Part shown: piece by piece, positions 1 to 11,224 of the stretch
Position numbering within the stretch: the first letter of the stretch is position 1
Layout of the letters: each line of letters begins with the position of its first letter
NCBI GenBank assembly: GCA_963734995.1
Contig: CAVTJD010000010.1
Location: forward strand, 81,103-145,102
Length of the DNA stretch: 64,000 nucleotides
Origin: an uncultured Chloroflexia bacterium
GTDB taxonomy: Bacteria > Chloroflexota > Limnocylindria > Limnocylindrales > CSP1-4
Reading direction: 5' to 3'
The notes under the pieces: generated by a model
The model's database searches: none
What the model saw: the letters and a program-made list of their open reading frames with translations, nothing else
Told to the model about the DNA's origin: nothing
Translations under genes and position numbers: made by a program

Positions 1-840
1 GATCGGCTGGCCGGGATGCATGGTGCGGCCCTCGTCGGCGATCGAGGCCTGGCGCTCCTGGGGCTGCGCTTCCCGCTGCTGATCAAGGTGATCGACGCAG
101 CGGAGTGGCTTTCGCTGCAGGTGCACCCGTCCGATGCGATCGCTGCCGAGCTTCACGGGTCGCCGAGCGTCGGCAAGACCGAAGCCTGGGTGGTCCTCGA
201 GGCCGACACGGACACGCAGCTCATCACGGGTCCGAGCCGGGACCTCGCCGAACCGGATCTCCGCGAGGCGATCGCCTCCTGCACATTGGACCGCACCGGG
301 TGCGAGGTGCGCGAGGCGGTCCGAGGCGACGCCTACCTCCTCCCCGCGGGCACCATCCACGCGGTCGGTGCGGGGTTGCTGGTGTACGAGATCGAGCAAC
401 CCTCGGACCTGACCTACCGGATCTCGGACTGGGGCCGGCCGCCCACGCCGGGCCGACGGCTGCACGCGGCCGAGGCGCTTCGGGCAGTCGACCCGGCATC
501 GCACGCGATCCCTTCGGGCTCCGGGTTCGCGCTCACCGGCGGCTCGATCACGGTCCCCTGCTTCCGACTGGAGGTGGTGACCGCGGGTTCAGGCACCTCC
601 GGCGCTGCTCTCGGCGGCCCGGCCGGGCCCGGCGCTGCTCTCGGCGGCTCAGCCACTCGTGCCCCCGCCGGCCGCAGCCTCGAGATCGTCACCGCGGTCG
701 CCGGCCGCGTCGACGTCGTCGGAGATGGCTGGCGCGAACGCCTGGCGCCGTTCGAGACGTTGGTGGTGCCCGCGGCCGTACCGCAGTACACGATCGAGAC
801 CGGGGAGGGTGGCATGGCCTTCGTCGGCAGCGTGCCCTGA
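1..840 (+). CDS. manA: Mannose-6-phosphate isomerase class I, C-terminal part; 5' end lies outside the window
   Basis: The translation contains FPLLIKVIDAAEWLSLQVHP, KTEAWVVLEA and LLVYEIEQPSDLTYRISDWGR, which match type I PMI blocks. The reading frame is open from base 1. Confidence 0.8.
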   Translation, partial: DRLAGMHGAALVGDRGLALLGLRFPLLIKVIDAAEWLSLQVHPSDAIAAELHGSPSVGKTEAWVVLEADTDTQLITGPSRDLAEPDLREAIASCTLDRTGCEVREAVRGDAYLLPAGTIHAVGAGLLVYEIEQPSDLTYRISDWGRPPTPGRRLHAAEALRAVDPASHAIPSGSGFALTGGSITVPCFRLEVVTAGSGTSGAALGGPAGPGAALGGSATRAPAGRSLEIVTAVAGRVDVVGDGWRERLAPFETLVVPAAVPQYTIETGEGGMAFVGSVP

Positions 841-854
841 GATCATCCGGCGTC

Positions 855-1595
855 GTGACCGGCCGATCTGGCGCACGATCCGGGGCGGCTCGCCCACCGA
901 CGACCAGGGTCCAGCGACTGGCGGGGCACCTGCTCGATGGCGGGCCCGATGATGCGCTGGCAGCCGAGCTCGCCGGTTGGCTCGAGCAGTCGCCGCGGTT
1001 CCGGACGTTCTCCGATCGGCATCGCGACAAGATCCGCAAGAAGCTGCGTGGCGCCGCCGATCCTGACGCCCGTCTCGACGTTCGCGCCGAGCTGCAGGCG
1101 GCGCACCTGCTGCTGGCAGACCGGCGGACCGAGGTCGCGTTCGAGGCGTACGGGTCGGGGCGGGTCGGGCCGGACTTCACGGTGACTGTCCGCGGCACAC
1201 CGGCGTTCAACGTCGAGGTGACGCGGCTCCGTGGCTCACCGAGCGTGGAGCGAATCGGCGGCGTCCTGCTGGTCAAGCTCCGGCAGCTGCCACCGAGCGT
1301 CGGCAACATGCTCATCATCGCCATCGACGGTGGCGCCGAGGACGACGCAGTCGCGGTCGCCGTGCAGCGCCTGCGGACGCGAGCGGATCGAAAGGACGAG
1401 GCCTTCTTCACGGGACGCGGGCTCGCAGGAACGCGTGACTTCTACGATCGGTTTCTCCGCCTGGGGGCGGTCGTGCTGTGGTGCGAGCGCGAGGCAGGCG
1501 ACGCCCGGGCCACGCTGTGGCTGAACGGCTCCGCCCAAATCGCCCTCCTCAAGCGCGCCACCGACGCGTGCCTCGCAGGTCTTCGAGCGGGCTGA
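855..1595 (+). CDS. Hypothetical protein
   Basis: The C-terminal roughly 240 codons of ORF 105..1595 read like a real protein (mixed composition, e.g. NMLIIAIDGG, FYDRFLRLGAVVLWCEREAG). The upstream part of that ORF is low-complexity Arg/Pro-rich. A GTG at 855 is the first plausible start after the manA stop, but the start is uncertain. Confidence 0.35.
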   Translation: MTGRSGARSGAARPPTTRVQRLAGHLLDGGPDDALAAELAGWLEQSPRFRTFSDRHRDKIRKKLRGAADPDARLDVRAELQAAHLLLADRRTEVAFEAYGSGRVGPDFTVTVRGTPAFNVEVTRLRGSPSVERIGGVLLVKLRQLPPSVGNMLIIAIDGGAEDDAVAVAVQRLRTRADRKDEAFFTGRGLAGTRDFYDRFLRLGAVVLWCEREAGDARATLWLNGSAQIALLKRATDACLAGLRAG

Positions 1596-1667
1596 CCGGT
1601 TCCGCAGGCGCCGCCCACGGAGGGTCCGTTCCGGAGCCGGAGCCGGAGGCGGGAGCCGTCCCCCGGG

Positions 1668-1994
1668 CTACCACTCCCCGGTGGGGCGGCGCCGGAGCGC
1701 TGCCAGCCGTCCGGCGGGGAGATGCGCCTCGAGGCAGGTGACGCCCGTCTCGCCCACCAGCGCATCGTGAGCGGTCCCTGCCGGCAGGTCCAGCCGATCT
1801 CCGACCGCCAGATCGACGGCGCGGCCCGCTGCGGGGAGGCCGAACCGGATCGATCCCACGGCGCACACCAGCACCTTGTCGTAGCCGTGCTCGTGTGCGG
1901 CGTACCGGTCGCCCGGGCCGTTCGACCATGAGCCGGGATCGAGCCCTTCCGCGCGCAGGCGGGCGGTGAGCTCGGCGGGTGTCGTCGGCCGCAT
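1668..1994 (-). CDS. Cupin domain protein
   Basis: This is a 108-aa ORF 3 nt downstream of the VIT gene on the same strand. It has a His-rich conserved-barrel-like motif (AAHEHGYDKVLVCAVGSIRF...TAHDALV). Confidence 0.55.
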   Translation of the reverse strand: MRPTTPAELTARLRAEGLDPGSWSNGPGDRYAAHEHGYDKVLVCAVGSIRFGLPAAGRAVDLAVGDRLDLPAGTAHDALVGETGVTCLEAHLPAGRLAALRRRPTGEW

Positions 1995-1997
1995 CGG

Positions 1998-3200
1998 CTA
2001 CCCCGCCACCCCGACCCCGATGATCCTGCCCACGGCGAACGTGACGGCGGCGGCTGCGGCACCGAGACCCATCTGCCGCAGACCGGACAGGAGCGTGCTC
2101 CGCCCGGTGAGCAGGCTGACCGCGGCACCCACCAGGAACAGGGCGCCGAGGCTGAGCGCGAGGCTGGCGACGAAGCTGGCGGTGCCCCCGCCGAACAGGT
2201 ACGGGATCACCGGCACGGCCGCGCCCAGGCAGAACGCCAGAAACGATCCGCCGGCCGCGCCCCAGGGTGAGCCGAGCTCATCGGGATCGAGGCCCAGCTC
2301 CTCGCGCACGAGCGCGTCGAGCGCCGTCGCCGGGTCCTCGAACATGCGCTCGGCGATGCGCTCCGCCTCCGCGCGCGAGAACCCCTTCGACATGTACAGC
2401 GCCGCCAGCTCGCGCTGCTCCTCCTCGGGCATCGCCTCCAGCTCGGCGCGCTCGAGCTCGATCTGGCGCTCGAACAGCTCGCGCTGGCTCTGCATCGAGA
2501 TGTACTCGCCGGCCGCCATGCTGAACGCGCCGGCGAGCAGGCCGGCGATCCCCGCCAGCAGGATGAACCCGCCCTGATCCGACGCCCCGGCGACACCCAT
2601 CACGAGCGACAGGTTGGACACCAGGCCATCGGAGACGCCGAAGATGGTCGCGCGCAGGGTTCCCGACCGGCCGCTGCGATGCCAGCGCTCTCGGCGCTGG
2701 ATGTTCTCGGGCAGCTCCGCGCGCCCCGCCGCGATCGCGGGGTGCTCGGTCGCCGTGACCACGCTCGCGGCCTCCTTGCGGTCCGCGCTTCCGGCCGCCG
2801 CTCGTTCGCGCTCGGCGTCCAGGCGGTGCCAGATCTCCGCGTGCTCGCGCTCATCGGCCGCGATCGACTCGATCTCCCCGCTCCCCTCCTGGCCCTCGTA
2901 GATTGCCTCCTCGTCTCCCTCGAGGCTCTTGACCAGGTCCGACACGGCCTGCGTTCCGAACACGCGCGCGACGAGGATGATGAATCGAACGCGCAGGCGC
3001 GGGCGAGCCGGCGGAGGCACGGTCGCGCCCAGCTCCGCGAGCCGCTCCGCCCAGATGCCGGCATGCCGTCGCTCGTTCTCCGCGATGTGTCGGAACGCGG
3101 CCGCGCGTCGAGGATCCTTCTCGATCCGGGCCAGGGCGTCGTACAGGACGACGGCGTCCTGCTCGAGCTTGAGGTTCTCCAGGCTCTGCGCGATGCTCAC
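1998..3200 (-). CDS. Ferritin-like/rubrerythrin domain fused to a VIT1/CCC1-family iron transporter
   Basis: The N-terminal ferritin-like helices (LENLKLEQDAVVLYDALARIE...ENERRHAGIW) are followed by a VIT1 membrane domain (TIFGVSDGLVSNLSLVMGVAGA, multiple TM segments). The ORF-track start at 3575 is upstream of Arg/Gly-rich junk. A GTG at 3200 (VSIAQSLENLK) was chosen as the start. Confidence 0.75.
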   Translation of the reverse strand: MSIAQSLENLKLEQDAVVLYDALARIEKDPRRAAAFRHIAENERRHAGIWAERLAELGATVPPPARPRLRVRFIILVARVFGTQAVSDLVKSLEGDEEAIYEGQEGSGEIESIAADEREHAEIWHRLDAERERAAAGSADRKEAASVVTATEHPAIAAGRAELPENIQRRERWHRSGRSGTLRATIFGVSDGLVSNLSLVMGVAGASDQGGFILLAGIAGLLAGAFSMAAGEYISMQSQRELFERQIELERAELEAMPEEEQRELAALYMSKGFSRAEAERIAERMFEDPATALDALVREELGLDPDELGSPWGAAGGSFLAFCLGAAVPVIPYLFGGGTASFVASLALSLGALFLVGAAVSLLTGRSTLLSGLRQMGLGAAAAAVTFAVGRIIGVGVAG

Positions 3201-3289
3201 GCGCCAGAATCTAGCCGATGCCGGGCCCGAGCCGAGGCGCCGCGCCGCCGTCCGTTCGTGTCCCGCCCTGCCGCCCCCCAGCCCACGCC

Positions 3290-3410
3290 CCGCCCACGCC
3301 CCGCCCGCCTGTCGCCCATCCTCCTGCCCGCTCCGCTTGGCCCGCCCGCCTGTCGCCCATCCTCCTGCCCGCTCCGGCTTGGTCCGCCCCACCTGTCGCC
3401 CACACCTGAT
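3290..3410. repeat. Direct repeat, about 41 bp in two full copies plus a degenerate third (cccgcccgcctgtcgcccatcctcctgcccgctccg...)
   Basis: Read directly from the sequence between the VIT gene start and the ocd gene. Confidence 0.8.
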
Positions 3411-3454
3411 CAGCCACCCACCCCACGGGTGCGATCCGGCGGCGCCATCAGGCG

Positions 3455-3700
3455 ACCTGCGCAGGTACCCATGGGGTGCATGCAACGGCCGCGACCAAGC
3501 GTCGGACCTGCGCAGATACCCGTGGTGTGGGTCCTCGCGCAGCTGTCGACCCACCACACCTGCGCCACGACCCACCCGGTGGGTACCTGAGCAGGTTGAC
3601 GGCCCTCACCCGGCGATCCGCGCCCGGCTGACCCGTCGGACCTGCGCATGTCCACCGTTCGTACCCACCCCATGGGTACCTGATCGAGTCGCGCGGTGAG
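3455..3700. repeat. Cluster of at least 5 copies, in both orientations, of an element of about 22 bp (GACCTGCGCAGGTACCCATGGG) made of two mini-palindromes, CCTGCGCAGG and CCCATGGG
   Basis: Copies were seen at about 3462, 3511, 3577 (inverted), 3642 (variant) and 3672 (inverted). Confidence 0.75.
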
Positions 3701-3885
3701 CGGGGGTCGCGCGGTGAGCGGGGGTCGCGGGGCGAGCGGGGGTCGCGCGGTGAGCGGGGGTCGCGCGGTGAGCGGGGGTCGCGGGGCGAGCGGGGGTCGC
3801 GGGACGACCGGCGTGAGGGACGACCGGCGGTGAGCGGGTCGCGAGGCGAAGGGGTCGCGAGGCGAGCGGGGGTCGCGATGACCGG
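3691..3885. repeat. 18-bp tandem repeat (gcgcggtgagcgggggtc) in about 9–10 copies, with degenerate copies at the 3' end
   Basis: This is a head-to-tail array with no unique spacers, so it is not CRISPR-like. It lies about 90 bp upstream of the ocd start. Confidence 0.85.
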
Positions 3886-3976
3886 GGGTCCTCGACCACC
3901 GGCGGCTGACCAGGTCGATCAGGCATTCGACCGATGCCCCCGCGCGACCTCGCACGTGACCGATAGACTGCGCCTC

Positions 3977-4978
3977 ATGTCCGAGCTCCCGGCGCTGCGA
4001 TACCTGACCGCCAATGACGTCACGGCAGCGATGCCCAGCCTGGCCGAGCGGCTGGCTCTGGCGGAGATCACCCTGCTCGGACTGTCCGGAGCCGCGGAGC
4101 TGCCGGCGAAGATCGCGGTCCATCCACGACCGGAAGGGGCGTTCGCACATGCGATGCCGGCGTTCCTGCCCGGGGACGATCCGGGTGGCGGCGACGATCG
4201 GCTGGGCATGAAATGGGTGCTCGGCTTTGCGACCAACGCCCCCCTGAACCTGCCGGCGATCGCCGGCACACTGCTGCTCAACGACCCGCGCACGGGGCTG
4301 CCGACGGGCATCCTCGATGCCGGTCCCATCACCGCCCAGCGCACCGCCGCGGTGTCGGGCGTCGCCGTTCGGGCGTGGGCGCCGCCGGTCGCAGGGCGCC
4401 CCCATCGGGCCGCCCTGGTGGGAGCCGGCGTGCAGGGTCGGAGCCACGTACCGGTGCTGGGCCACGTCCTGCCGGGGGTCGAGCTCACGGTATACGACCG
4501 CGATCCGGATCGGGCGACGGCGCTCGCGAAGATCGCCCGCGGCACGGACGGCATCGGCACGGCGCGCGTCGCACCCTCCGCGCGCGATGCGGTCGCGGAC
4601 GCCGACGTCGTGGTCACCGTCGCGTCGTTCGTGGCGCCGCCCGAGCGCCAGGTGATGACCAACGACTGGCTCGCGCCCCAGGCGCTCGTCGTCCCGGTCG
4701 ACTACGCGACGTACTGCGCCGCCGAGGTCGCGCGCGACGCATCGCTGTTCGTGGTCGATCATCGCGACCAGTTCCTGGCCAACCGGGATGCCGGCCAGTT
4801 CGACGACTATCCGGATCCGAGCGCGATGTTCGGGGAGACGCTCGGCCGCCGAGAGCCGCGCCCGGCCGGGCGCGTCGTCGCGACCCACCTCGGGACCGGG
4901 CTCGCCGACGTCGTGTTCGGCACGGCCATCCTCGCGGCAGCCGAGGCGCGAGGCCTGGGCACGATCCTCGCTCGCTGA
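3977..4978 (+). CDS. Ornithine cyclodeaminase / mu-crystallin family protein
   Basis: The Rossmann motif LVGAGVQGRSHV and overall OCD-family architecture are present. The start is at MSELPALRYLT (ATG 3977), in frame with ORF 3830..4978. Confidence 0.8.
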   Translation: MSELPALRYLTANDVTAAMPSLAERLALAEITLLGLSGAAELPAKIAVHPRPEGAFAHAMPAFLPGDDPGGGDDRLGMKWVLGFATNAPLNLPAIAGTLLLNDPRTGLPTGILDAGPITAQRTAAVSGVAVRAWAPPVAGRPHRAALVGAGVQGRSHVPVLGHVLPGVELTVYDRDPDRATALAKIARGTDGIGTARVAPSARDAVADADVVVTVASFVAPPERQVMTNDWLAPQALVVPVDYATYCAAEVARDASLFVVDHRDQFLANRDAGQFDDYPDPSAMFGETLGRREPRPAGRVVATHLGTGLADVVFGTAILAAAEARGLGTILAR

Positions 4979-5008
4979 TCGTGCGCCGCGCCCATACCAT
5001 GGGCCGTC

Positions 5009-5974
5009 ATGTCGCGTGATCGCAATCTGTTGCTGGGCTCCATCAACGCCCTCGCCGCCGCTTCGCTGTTCGGGACGCTCGGGCCGCTTTCACGCTTCGG
5101 AGCCGAGGCCGGCGTCGGCGGGCTCGCATTCACCGCGTGGCGTGGCCTGCTGGGTGTCGCGGCCCTGGGGCTGCTGATCGCCGGGCGGGGTGCCATCCGG
5201 ACCGCGATCACCTCGATCGGCGCCCTCGACGCGAGAGGGCGGGCGTCGCTGGCGGTGGCCGCTCTGATGGGTCTCACGCTCAATGCGTCGATGTTCAGCG
5301 CCTTCGGGCGGATCCCGATCGCGCTCGCCCTGATGTTGTTCTACACCTACCCGGCGGGCGTGGCGGTGGTCGACGTCGCGCTGGGCCGCGAGCGCATCAC
5401 CGCGCCCCGCCTGGCGGCGCTCGCGCTGTCATCGGTGGGGGTGATCCTCGTGCTCGCCGGAACGATGGATTCGGCCGAAGGGCTGGCGGCCGACGCGCTC
5501 GGGATCATGCTCGGGCTGTGCGCCGCCGCCAGCCAGGTGGTGTTCGTCACCATCAGCCGGAACGGCTACCGATCGGTGCCGGCAGATGCCGCCACGCTCG
5601 TGATCCTGGCCGCATCGGCGGTCGGGGCGTCCGTGATCGGCATCGCGATCGGGCAGGCCGACGATCTGGCGGTGCCGTTGCGGAACACGTCCACGTGGCC
5701 GACCCTGCTCGCGGGTGGTGTGCTCGCCGGTGGCGTGTCGTCGCTGCTGTTCCTGCGCGCCATCCGGTTCATCGGCGGAACCCGGACCGGGATCCTGATG
5801 CTGCTCGAGCCTGTGGTCGGCGTGTTCCTGGCGGCCGTGTGGCTGGGCGAGTCGCTGGTCCCGGTCCAGCTGCTCGGCGGAGCGCTGGTGCTCGCCGGCG
5901 CGGCCGTCCTGCAGCTGCGCTCGGCGCCCGAGCTCGAGCCGGTGGTGGAGGCCGGCGCGGGGCCGATGCTGTAG
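5009..5974 (+). CDS. DMT-superfamily (EamA-like) permease
   Basis: The hydrophobicity pattern suggests about 10 TM segments with two EamA-like halves. Confidence 0.7.
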   Translation: MSRDRNLLLGSINALAAASLFGTLGPLSRFGAEAGVGGLAFTAWRGLLGVAALGLLIAGRGAIRTAITSIGALDARGRASLAVAALMGLTLNASMFSAFGRIPIALALMLFYTYPAGVAVVDVALGRERITAPRLAALALSSVGVILVLAGTMDSAEGLAADALGIMLGLCAAASQVVFVTISRNGYRSVPADAATLVILAASAVGASVIGIAIGQADDLAVPLRNTSTWPTLLAGGVLAGGVSSLLFLRAIRFIGGTRTGILMLLEPVVGVFLAAVWLGESLVPVQLLGGALVLAGAAVLQLRSAPELEPVVEAGAGPML

Positions 5975-6219
5975 CGGGACTGACGGCGCGGGTCGCGCTC
6001 GTGCGGGGCCGATGGCGCCAACAGGACGGATGGCACGAGGCCGATACCCGGGCGGGCTACGAGGTTGTCGCGGTCCGGGCCGGGCCTCCGACGGGCCGCG
6101 GCCGTCGCAGCGGCGCTCACCCAGCGCACACCCGGCGTTCACCCGGCGCGAGACGATGCGCACGGCCCTACCATTGGTGCGGGCGTCACGTGGTGTCGCT
6201 CGATGGAGGAGGCGCGTCG

Positions 6220-6927
6220 ATGATCCGAGTCACTGGCCTCGAGGATCGCGTGGCCGTGGTCACCGGGGCGGGCCGCGGCATCGGCCTGGCGATCGCCCAG
6301 GTGCTGGTCGCGAATGGGGCGCGGGTGGCCGGACTCGGTCTCGTGCCGCCGGAGCGCGACGACATGCTCGGGATCGAGTGCGACGTGGGCGACGAATCGG
6401 CCATCCACGCGGCCTTCGACCGTATCGATGCGGAGCTCGGCCCGGCCTCGGTGCTGGTGCTCAACGCCGGGATCACCACCCTGGTGCCGTTCGAGGAGAC
6501 CTCGACCGAGCTGTGGGAGCGCACGCTCGCGATCAACCTGACCGGTGCGTTCCTCGCCTGTCGCCGGGCCATTCCCGCGATGCGCGACCTGGGCTACGGC
6601 CGGGTCGTTGCGCTGGGCGCCGCGGCGGGCAAGTCCGGCGGTGCGCGCTCGGCCGCGTACGCCGCGTCGAAGGCAGGGCTCGGGGCGCTCATCAAGTCGA
6701 TCGCCTCGGAGTACGCCCGGGCCGGCATCACCGCCAACATCGTGGCGCCGGCCCTGATCGACAGCGGCTCGATCAGCAACGTGCGCAGCTTCGTCGATCG
6801 GGTACCGGTCGGCCGGCTGGGCACCACCGACGAGGTGGCGGCGCTGGTCGCCTTCCTCGCCTCGGACGATGCCGGCTACATCACTGGCGAGGTGGTCGAC
6901 ATCAATGGCGGGACGCTGATCGACTGA
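6220..6927 (+). CDS. SDR-family oxidoreductase (FabG-like)
   Basis: It carries the TGAGRGIG cofactor motif, the NAG motif, and a YxxxK catalytic motif (YAASKAG). A GGAGGA RBS sits 9 nt upstream of ATG 6220. Confidence 0.9.
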   Translation: MIRVTGLEDRVAVVTGAGRGIGLAIAQVLVANGARVAGLGLVPPERDDMLGIECDVGDESAIHAAFDRIDAELGPASVLVLNAGITTLVPFEETSTELWERTLAINLTGAFLACRRAIPAMRDLGYGRVVALGAAAGKSGGARSAAYAASKAGLGALIKSIASEYARAGITANIVAPALIDSGSISNVRSFVDRVPVGRLGTTDEVAALVAFLASDDAGYITGEVVDINGGTLID

Positions 6928-6954
6928 CAGTGACCGGCGGCACTCGCCGCCGTC

Positions 6955-7299
6955 TCACACGTCCTCGATCACCTCGAGCGGGCCGTCGGGCACATCGATC
7001 GTCACCCGTCCATCGACGACCTCGACCGGGTAGACGGCCAGCGGCAGCTCCGCCGGCGGATCGAGCGGCTCGCCGTCGGTCAGGTCGAAGCGTGACAGGT
7101 GGAGCGCGCAGGTCAGCGTGCCCGCCGTCAGGAACCCGCGGTCGAGCTCGAAGTACTCGTGCGAGCAGGTGCCTTGAAGCGCGTGGAAGTCACCGTTGAC
7201 GTGGACGACGAGGACGGGATCGGTCCTGTCGACCCAGACCATCCGCATCTCGCCCTCGTCGAGCTCATCGACTCCGAGCAGGTCGATCCGGCGACTCAC
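6955..7299 (-). CDS. Rieske [2Fe-2S] domain protein
   Basis: The CSHEY...CALH (CxH..CxxH) cluster-binding boxes are present. It lies directly downstream of sufD on the same strand. A GTG start at 7299 avoids overlap with sufD. Confidence 0.65.
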   Translation of the reverse strand: MSRRIDLLGVDELDEGEMRMVWVDRTDPVLVVHVNGDFHALQGTCSHEYFELDRGFLTAGTLTCALHLSRFDLTDGEPLDPPAELPLAVYPVEVVDGRVTIDVPDGPLEVIEDV

Positions 7300-7330
7300 G
7301 TCCTGATCGTAGCGGGAACGTGCGGCGGAG

Positions 7331-8715
7331 TCAGGCCGCGGAGGCCGATATCTCGGTGCCCGCCGCCCATTTCGCCTCGAGCGCCTCGCGCAGCCGCTCG
7401 CGCGCATCTTCGAGCGGCACCCGGGCAACGACTGGCTCGAGGAAGCCGAGCACGATGAACTTTCGTGCATCCTCGGCCGGGATCCCGCGGCTCTCGAGGT
7501 AGAACAGCTGGGTCTCGTCGATCGGGCCCACCGACGACGAGTGAGCGGCGCGCCGGCAGTCGGGCTGATCGATCTCGAGCGACGGGATCGCGACCGCCCG
7601 CGCCGTCTTGGCCAGGTTCATCCCGAACTCGCCCAGGAAGCTGTCCGTCCCGATCGCGCTGCGCTCGATCGTGATCAGGCCCTTCATGTAGCTCCGCGCG
7701 CGGTCGAGCAGCACGCCCTTCGACATCAGCTCGCCGGTCGTGTCACGTCCCACGTGGCGGGTGTACGAGGTCAGGTCGTGGAGCTGGTCCGCGGCGCCGA
7801 ACACGATCTCGACCTGCTCGACGGTGCTTCGATCGCCGGCCAGCACGTTGTCGACACGTGACCGGACGAGCCGTCCGCCGAGCTGGGCCAGGGCCCAGCG
7901 AAGGTCGGCGGCCTCACCCAGCGATGCGTGGCGCTGCTGGAACACGATCTGGTCCGGGCCTGACTCCTGGAGGCTCGCCATGGCCAGCCGTGCGTGGGCA
8001 CCGAGCCGGATCTCGGTCGTCGATGTGAACAGTCCCTGGCCACCGGGGACCGCGGCGGCGGACGGCACGATCTCCTCCACCAGCGACGCGTCCGCCCCGT
8101 CACCCAGCACGACGATCGAGCGCGCGTGGAGTGCCCGCCCCGGTGCGCCGACGGCCCAGCGCAGCACGATCGGCTGCTCGAGGACCACCCCGGCCGGCAC
8201 ATGTACCAGTGCGCCCTGGTTCCAGGCTGCTCGACTGAGCTGGGCCAGCCGGTCATCGGCCGCCAGGGAGCCGGTTCCGACCAGCAGGGTGCGTGCCAGC
8301 TCGGGATCCCGCTCGACCAGCGCGCCCAGCGGCTCGACGGTGACGCCGGCCCGGCGAGCGGCATCGTCGATGGCGAGCGTCGCAACGCGACCGTCATCGA
8401 ACGTCGCCATCGCCGACAGCCCTGGATCGAGCTGCGCCGACGGTTGCCCGCCGCCATCGGCCCCGTCCCACGCGACCATGTCAGCGAGCTGCGCCGCCCG
8501 CAGGTCGACGTATCCGGTGTACAGCTGGTTGGGCTCGATCGGCAGCGCCCCGAACGCGGCCAGCGCCGCCCGGCGATCCGCGGTCAACCAGTCCGGCTCG
8601 CGGTCCGCGAGCCGCTCGATCAGCTCGGGGTCAGGTCGATAGCTCAGCTCGCCCGGCAGCGCGCGGGCCCGCCGCGGGCGTGACGCCGTTGCGGTCGATG
8701 GCTCGGCCACCCCGG

Positions 8716-8719
<4 letters not shown>
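7331..8719 (-). CDS. sufD: Fe-S cluster assembly protein SufD
   Basis: There is SufD-family similarity across the ORF. Its ATG 8719 overlaps the sufB stop (ATGA). Confidence 0.85.
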
Positions 8720-10119
<1,400 letters not shown>

Positions 10120-10390
10120 TCGCTGCTCCAGTCGCGGCAGCCGGCCGCGGGGTTCGGGTCGGAAGGTCCGGGAACGCCGCGGCCGCAGTGCGGGGCCGCG
10201 GGCTAATCCCGAGTGAAATTATCGGAATTCCCGGCCGTTTCGTCAACGACGCCGTGCGACGAGGCGCTCCGGCTGCCGCGAGGTGTCCCGCCGCACGCGT
10301 CACGCGCCGGACGAGCGCCCGGGTCCGCAGCCTATAGTGGGCGCCGTGCACGGCGGCCTGGGAGGTGCCGGCACGCTGGGAGGCAGAGGG

Positions 10391-11026
10391 ATGCAAGTCA
10401 TCATCGCGATCGTTGCGCTGCTGGTCGGCGCGGCGTTCTGTTTCGGCGGCTTCAGGTTCTTCCTCCTGCTGCTGCCGCTGTACATGTTCGTGGGCGGCTT
10501 CAGCGTGGGCACGGACGCGATCACCGCCCTGTTCGGCGACGGGACGTTCGCCACGGTGCTGAGCTGGGTCATCGGCCTGGTGGTAGCGCTCGTGTTCGCC
10601 GTCGTGTCCTATCTGTACTACTACCTCGCCGTGGCGCTGATGGGCGGCATGGTCGGCTACGCGCTGGGTGCCGGAGCATGGGGCCTCGTCGGCAACGAGT
10701 ACGGTGCGATCGCGTTCGTGATCGGCATCGTGGTGGGCGCCATCGCGGCCATCATCGTGCTCGCGCTCAACGTGCCCAAGTACCTGGTGATCGTGGTGAC
10801 GGCGCTGGGCGGCGCCGCGACGATCCTGGCCGGCTGGTTCGTCCTGATCGGCACCATCCCGACCGACGCGATCCACTGGACCACCATCGGCGCCAAGATC
10901 GCCGACAGCTGGTTCTACCTGCTCGTGTGGGCGGCGATCGCGGCCGTGGGCATGGTTGCCCAGATCCAGTCGACGTCGATCGGCTCCGACCGCTACCAGC
11001 CCGAACGCGCGAACTACCGCTACTAG
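10391..11026 (+). CDS. Hypothetical polytopic membrane protein
   Basis: There are six or more hydrophobic segments. The start is at MQVIIAIVALLVG, in frame with ORF 10283..11026. Confidence 0.5.
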   Translation: MQVIIAIVALLVGAAFCFGGFRFFLLLLPLYMFVGGFSVGTDAITALFGDGTFATVLSWVIGLVVALVFAVVSYLYYYLAVALMGGMVGYALGAGAWGLVGNEYGAIAFVIGIVVGAIAAIIVLALNVPKYLVIVVTALGGAATILAGWFVLIGTIPTDAIHWTTIGAKIADSWFYLLVWAAIAAVGMVAQIQSTSIGSDRYQPERANYRY

Positions 11027-11224
11027 GCCGCCGGCGCTTCACAGCGAGCGCCGCCGACACGCGGCGCTCGCTGGACACGCGCGGGCGCGCGAGGGTCAGC
11101 CCGGCTCGCCATCGGTCTGCGAAAGAGCGAACATGGATCTCGTACACGACGGCTCGGCGCACCCACCAGCCGTCGTCCTGGTCGTGCCGAGCCCGGTCCG
11201 GCTCTGGCTGCCCGCGCGATCCGG

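Noticed and set aside
105-1595. Long + strand ORF (496 aa) overlapping manA in another frame
   Set aside because: The first roughly 250 codons are Arg/Pro/Gly-rich low-complexity sequence, typical of off-frame translation of GC-rich coding DNA. They overlap the well-supported manA frame. Only the portion after the manA stop (855–1595) was kept, as a low-confidence CDS.
3691-3885. Possible CRISPR array (regular 18-bp repeats)
   Set aside because: The units are directly adjacent with no interspersed unique spacers. The unit is too short and no cas genes are nearby. It is a simple tandem repeat.
3410-4888. 492-aa minus-strand ORF spanning the repeat region and the ocd gene
   Set aside because: It runs antisense to a strongly supported ornithine cyclodeaminase gene. 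Its N-terminal part just translates the 18-bp tandem repeats into PLTARPP repeats. It is treated as a spurious GC-rich ORF.
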